A stretch of DNA of 53,081 nucleotides, taken from contig JAEOTM010000198.1 of assembly GCA_016839815.1 (NCBI GenBank), positions 1 through 53,081 of the forward strand. Direction: 5' to 3'. Numbering within the stretch: position 1 is the first letter of the stretch; each line of letters begins with the position of its first letter. The notes under the pieces were generated by a model. The model ran no database searches. It saw only the letters and a list, made by a program, of their open reading frames with translations, and was not told the DNA's origin. The position numbers and the translations under genes were made by a program. Below are positions 49,911 to 53,081 of this stretch, piece after piece. The stretch is from Candidatus Hodarchaeota archaeon. Lineage in GTDB: Archaea; Asgardarchaeota; Heimdallarchaeia; Hodarchaeales; Hodarchaeaceae.

Positions 49911-51104
49911 CTATGCAAATACTTGAATGACATCACCATCTTCCAAGATTCGGTCTAAACCGACTTTTTCTCCGTCAAACTTTGCGGATTTTCCCCATAT
50001 TCGAGCAAATCGAAAAAACTTCAACATTTTCTTAGATAGAACTTCTATAGCATTTTCGATCGTACTTCCTTGTGTAAGTATGATAGGCCGTTCTGCTATA
50101 TCACCTACATTATTACGGGTGTAAACTCTTATCTTTCCAAGCTTGCTAAAGATATTTTCCTCTATTTCATCAAACCCCTCACCATTGGTCGAAGAAACAG
50201 GGATGATTTCCATTGGAATACGGTTCTTTGACACATAATCCTTTAGTATTGAAAAATTAGATTTGGATCCTTTTACATCTCCTTTTGTTGCTAAAATAAT
50301 CGCAGGAAGGTAACTTATTGTGTAATCCAAGGAATCAAAAAACTGGTCTAAAGATGTAGGGCCATAAAATCTTACAATTACATTCATATAGCCTTTTGCT
50401 CTCATAATTTCAATAATTTCATCATGGCTTTTACCGTCATAAAAATGAGAATTAAAAATCTGAATATTTCCAGAACCGACCTTTTCAATTGTTACAGGTG
50501 GTCTATCAGTATTCAATCGGATTTTTCCAATTGAAAGTTCCTTTAAAATAAGCTCAAGCTGTTCGATCGGACTATGTGACAAGTCGATTGTTAGGATTAC
50601 ACAATCTGAATTGCGTATTCCAGCCAAAACTAATTTTCCAGACATTTCTCCACGAACACTCCCTTCAACTACCGCTGGAAGTTCTACTAGCTGTAATCGT
50701 GCCCCTCTAGCCGTTGTTGAACCGACTTCAGGCTTAACTGTAGTAAAAGGATATGCTCCAACTTTAGCAGCTGAATTCGATCCAGCTAATGAATTTAAAA
50801 CTGATGATTTTCCTGAATTTACCATTCCTATTATTGATATCTGAGCATCTTCCCCCTTAGGGACCAACCATCTCTCCCCTGATCCCTTCTTTGCTTGACG
50901 CATTTTTTCCTGTGTTGCTTTTAAGCGCTTTAATTTTTGTTTAGCCATCCGAAGATGGTTTTCTACTCCTTTATGTTTGACAACAACTCCAACAAACCGT
51001 TCTAAATGCATAATTTGCTCTTCTATTGAGGATGCCTCAAGGTATTTATCCCATTCAACTTGTGCTTCATGATTGAGATTTATGGGCATAGAAGTCAATT
51101 CCAA
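49911..51104 (-). CDS. DRG/OBG-family GTPase with TGS domain
   Basis: KHKGVE, GMVNSGKS, YPFTT, ARIWGKSAKF...LEDGDVIQV. Confidence 0.88.
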   Translation of the reverse strand: MELTSMPINLNHEAQVEWDKYLEASSIEEQIMHLERFVGVVVKHKGVENHLRMAKQKLKRLKATQEKMRQAKKGSGERWLVPKGEDAQISIIGMVNSGKSSVLNSLAGSNSAAKVGAYPFTTVKPEVGSTTARGARLQLVELPAVVEGSVRGEMSGKLVLAGIRNSDCVILTIDLSHSPIEQLELILKELSIGKIRLNTDRPPVTIEKVGSGNIQIFNSHFYDGKSHDEIIEIMRAKGYMNVIVRFYGPTSLDQFFDSLDYTISYLPAIILATKGDVKGSKSNFSILKDYVSKNRIPMEIIPVSSTNGEGFDEIEENIFSKLGKIRVYTRNNVGDIAERPIILTQGSTIENAIEVLSKKMLKFFRFARIWGKSAKFDGEKVGLDRILEDGDVIQVFA

Positions 51105-51191
51105 ATTTAATTATTCTCTGAAATTATTGCTAAAAAACTTATGAAAGCTTGAACAGGGTAAGATTCAATATAACTTTGAATTTTATGCTTT

Positions 51192-52127
51192 TTAATTCCT
51201 TCCTTCCTGTAGTTTCAAAAGCAACTCCTGAGTAAAGTCAATAATTTCTTCTTCATCATTCATCGATAATATTTGTTTTCGTGAGTTTGCTGCATAACGA
51301 AAATGTTTCAAGAAATCAGCAGATTGTACCCGTAAATTAAAGAGATTAAAATACTCCGAATTTCTCATATATAAGATTAATCTCTTATATATATCATGCG
51401 ATGTCATCATTGAACTTCTTTGAAAAATCTGAGGTCGTCCACGAGCGGATCGTCCAATTGCAACCCCTTTAACTCCAAATTGGTTGAAAATATCAATTGC
51501 TTGCATATACGAGTTGATATCACCGTTCGCTACTATTGGTATACTCGTAGCTTTAACTGCTTGCTTCCAATATTCCCATTTTGCAGGAACTTGGTAATGA
51601 TCAATAGCTAGACGAGAGTGAAGGGTAATAAAGGAAATATTAGCACTTTCAGCGATTTTAATGATCTCAGGAAAGGTGATATTATCGAATCCCGCACGTA
51701 TCTTGATTGAAAATGGAAGGTTTGTGCAAGAACTGCCGATTTCTAATAATTCTTTAAGTAAAATCCGGTTCTTATGTGTTAATAGGGATGCTCCTAATCC
51801 AGCTTTTGTAATTTTTGGCTTAGGACATCCTAGATTGAGTTCTATGAAATCAGAAAGCTTTTCTCTCTCAATGAGTTCAATCGTCTTTGTTAAATCTTCA
51901 GGATCATTAGTTAATAGTTGAATCCCATAATTTTCTTCAATTTTTGATCGAGTAATTCTTCTCAGAGATTTTGGATTACCGTGTATAATTCCTTTTGCGT
52001 AAGTCATCTCACTAATGGTTATAGCTCCAAATTCTGCACAAATCCTACGAAAAGGAGGGATAGTAATTTCTGCAAGGGGTGATAAAATCAAAGGATTTTT
52101 TAAACCGAGTACGGATACTTTAATCAC
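51192..52127 (-). CDS. dus: tRNA-dihydrouridine synthase family protein
   Basis: LSPLA, SEM, ELNLGCP, KIRAG, LHSR, ANGDI, IGR. Confidence 0.88.
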   Translation of the reverse strand: MIKVSVLGLKNPLILSPLAEITIPPFRRICAEFGAITISEMTYAKGIIHGNPKSLRRITRSKIEENYGIQLLTNDPEDLTKTIELIEREKLSDFIELNLGCPKPKITKAGLGASLLTHKNRILLKELLEIGSSCTNLPFSIKIRAGFDNITFPEIIKIAESANISFITLHSRLAIDHYQVPAKWEYWKQAVKATSIPIVANGDINSYMQAIDIFNQFGVKGVAIGRSARGRPQIFQRSSMMTSHDIYKRLILYMRNSEYFNLFNLRVQSADFLKHFRYAANSRKQILSMNDEEEIIDFTQELLLKLQEGRN

Positions 52128-52203
52128 CTTAGGAACATTTTATTCGCTAGAGAATGACCTCTAAAGAATACTTCTAGATGTCTTATCAACGGTTTGAAAA
52201 TTT

Positions 52204-52893
52204 ATGAAGCCAAGAGCTCTCCTTTTTGACTTAGATGGCACTTTAGTTAATACACTACGCGTGTTCCCACAACTTATCGCTCAGGAATTTCTTTCAAATG
52301 CAACTCCGACAACTATACGTAAATATCTTCATAGAATAGGTGTTATTTATAACTCAGGTACCAAACACTCCTGGTTCAAGCCAGAATTCTTCCTCACAAT
52401 CAAATCGGACTTTAAGCTTTCATGGTTTAAATTAGCTAGGGGATTAACGCGCGCTACATGGTTATTTTTTAAATGGGATAGTTCTCGCCATATCTTTCCT
52501 GGTGTACTCAAAACACTGAATGAACTAAAATCTCAGGGGTATCTCCTAGGTATCGTTTCTAATGGTTCCCCGAGATTATTAAAAAAGCGATTTGGACCTT
52601 ACCTTGATCTTTTTAACGTTTTGATAGAATCTAAAACTCTAGGAGTGTCAAAACCATCTCCTATACCACTGTTCTACGCATGTTTCAAATTGAATATCAA
52701 GAAGACAGAAGCTCTTTTTATAGGGGACACCTTAGTTGACTTACTTGCTGCTAAAAACGCTAAAATGCGAATTATCCTCGTTCGTACGGGTGTTTTTGGA
52801 GATAACTTTCCAGTCGATGATGTTGGATATGAACCGATATCAGTAATTCCTGCTGTTGGAAAGGATCTGATTAAAGTTCTTTCCAGGATGTAA
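52204..52893 (+). CDS. HAD superfamily hydrolase
   Basis: FDLDGTLVNT, VSN, KPSP, IGDTLVD. Confidence 0.88.
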   Translation: MKPRALLFDLDGTLVNTLRVFPQLIAQEFLSNATPTTIRKYLHRIGVIYNSGTKHSWFKPEFFLTIKSDFKLSWFKLARGLTRATWLFFKWDSSRHIFPGVLKTLNELKSQGYLLGIVSNGSPRLLKKRFGPYLDLFNVLIESKTLGVSKPSPIPLFYACFKLNIKKTEALFIGDTLVDLLAAKNAKMRIILVRTGVFGDNFPVDDVGYEPISVIPAVGKDLIKVLSRM

Positions 52894-52924
52894 GATGATG
52901 TAGATAATACATCTACATTATCTT
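52892..52924 (+). terminator. Hairpin at the HAD stop codon
   Basis: AAGATGATGTAGAT-AATAC-ATCTACATTATCTT: 14-bp stem with one G:U. Confidence 0.5.
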
Positions 52925-53081
52925 CTTCTATTCCAGTCCATTCTACAATTATCGCTACAATATAGAGTAAGATGTAATTTGAGAAGCTTGGGTTGCATTA
53001 CCGGTAGCAATTATTTTTTCTATTTCTAAGCTTTGCTTCTATCACTAGAGGATATTAACGCTAAGATGAAGAAGGATATTG

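Noticed and set aside
676-51921. Many short ORFs antisense to or nested in long genes (e.g. 17203..17721, 48387..48812, 49170..49604, 42639..42986, 36554..36937, 32004..32195)
   Set aside because: They are shadows of well-supported genes and carry no independent motifs.
52925-53081. Possible 3' end of a minus-strand gene at the window end
   Set aside because: Too short, with stops in the frames examined; cannot be supported.
1-53081. CRISPR arrays, tRNA/rRNA genes, IS elements, provirus
   Set aside because: No spaced repeats, GC-rich structural RNA blocks, or transposase, integrase or capsid motifs were seen by eye.

Overview
This is an AT-rich, gene-dense archaeal chromosome segment (radA, cdc6/orc1, COG1107 RecJ-like nuclease, ADP-forming acyl-CoA ligase). 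The gene content and several eukaryote-like architectures suggest an Asgard archaeon, possibly Heimdallarchaeia; that assignment is an inference. I found about 45 protein-coding genes and no rRNA, tRNA, CRISPR array or transposase. The main observations are: (1) a MoxR-type AAA+ gene and a VWA ORF are joined by a canonical -1 ribosomal frameshift signal (A_AAA_AAC, 6-nt spacer, GC-rich hairpin, 44070-44102), predicting both a 285-aa ATPase and a ~629-aa AAA-VWA fusion; (2) a two-TM protein carries an RGG tail, nested GOLD-like beta-sandwiches, zinc ribbons and a C4C4-like RING, resembling a eukaryotic membrane E3 ligase; (3) two paralogous head/coiled-coil/winged-helix proteins, one directly upstream of the frameshift cassette; (4) an M48 protease with an EF-hand-like insert downstream of a Ca2+-type P-ATPase; (5) a thymidine kinase between two paralogous DUF1156-like DNA methyltransferases, the second missing from the ORF track. 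All family calls come from reading motifs by eye; no searches were run.
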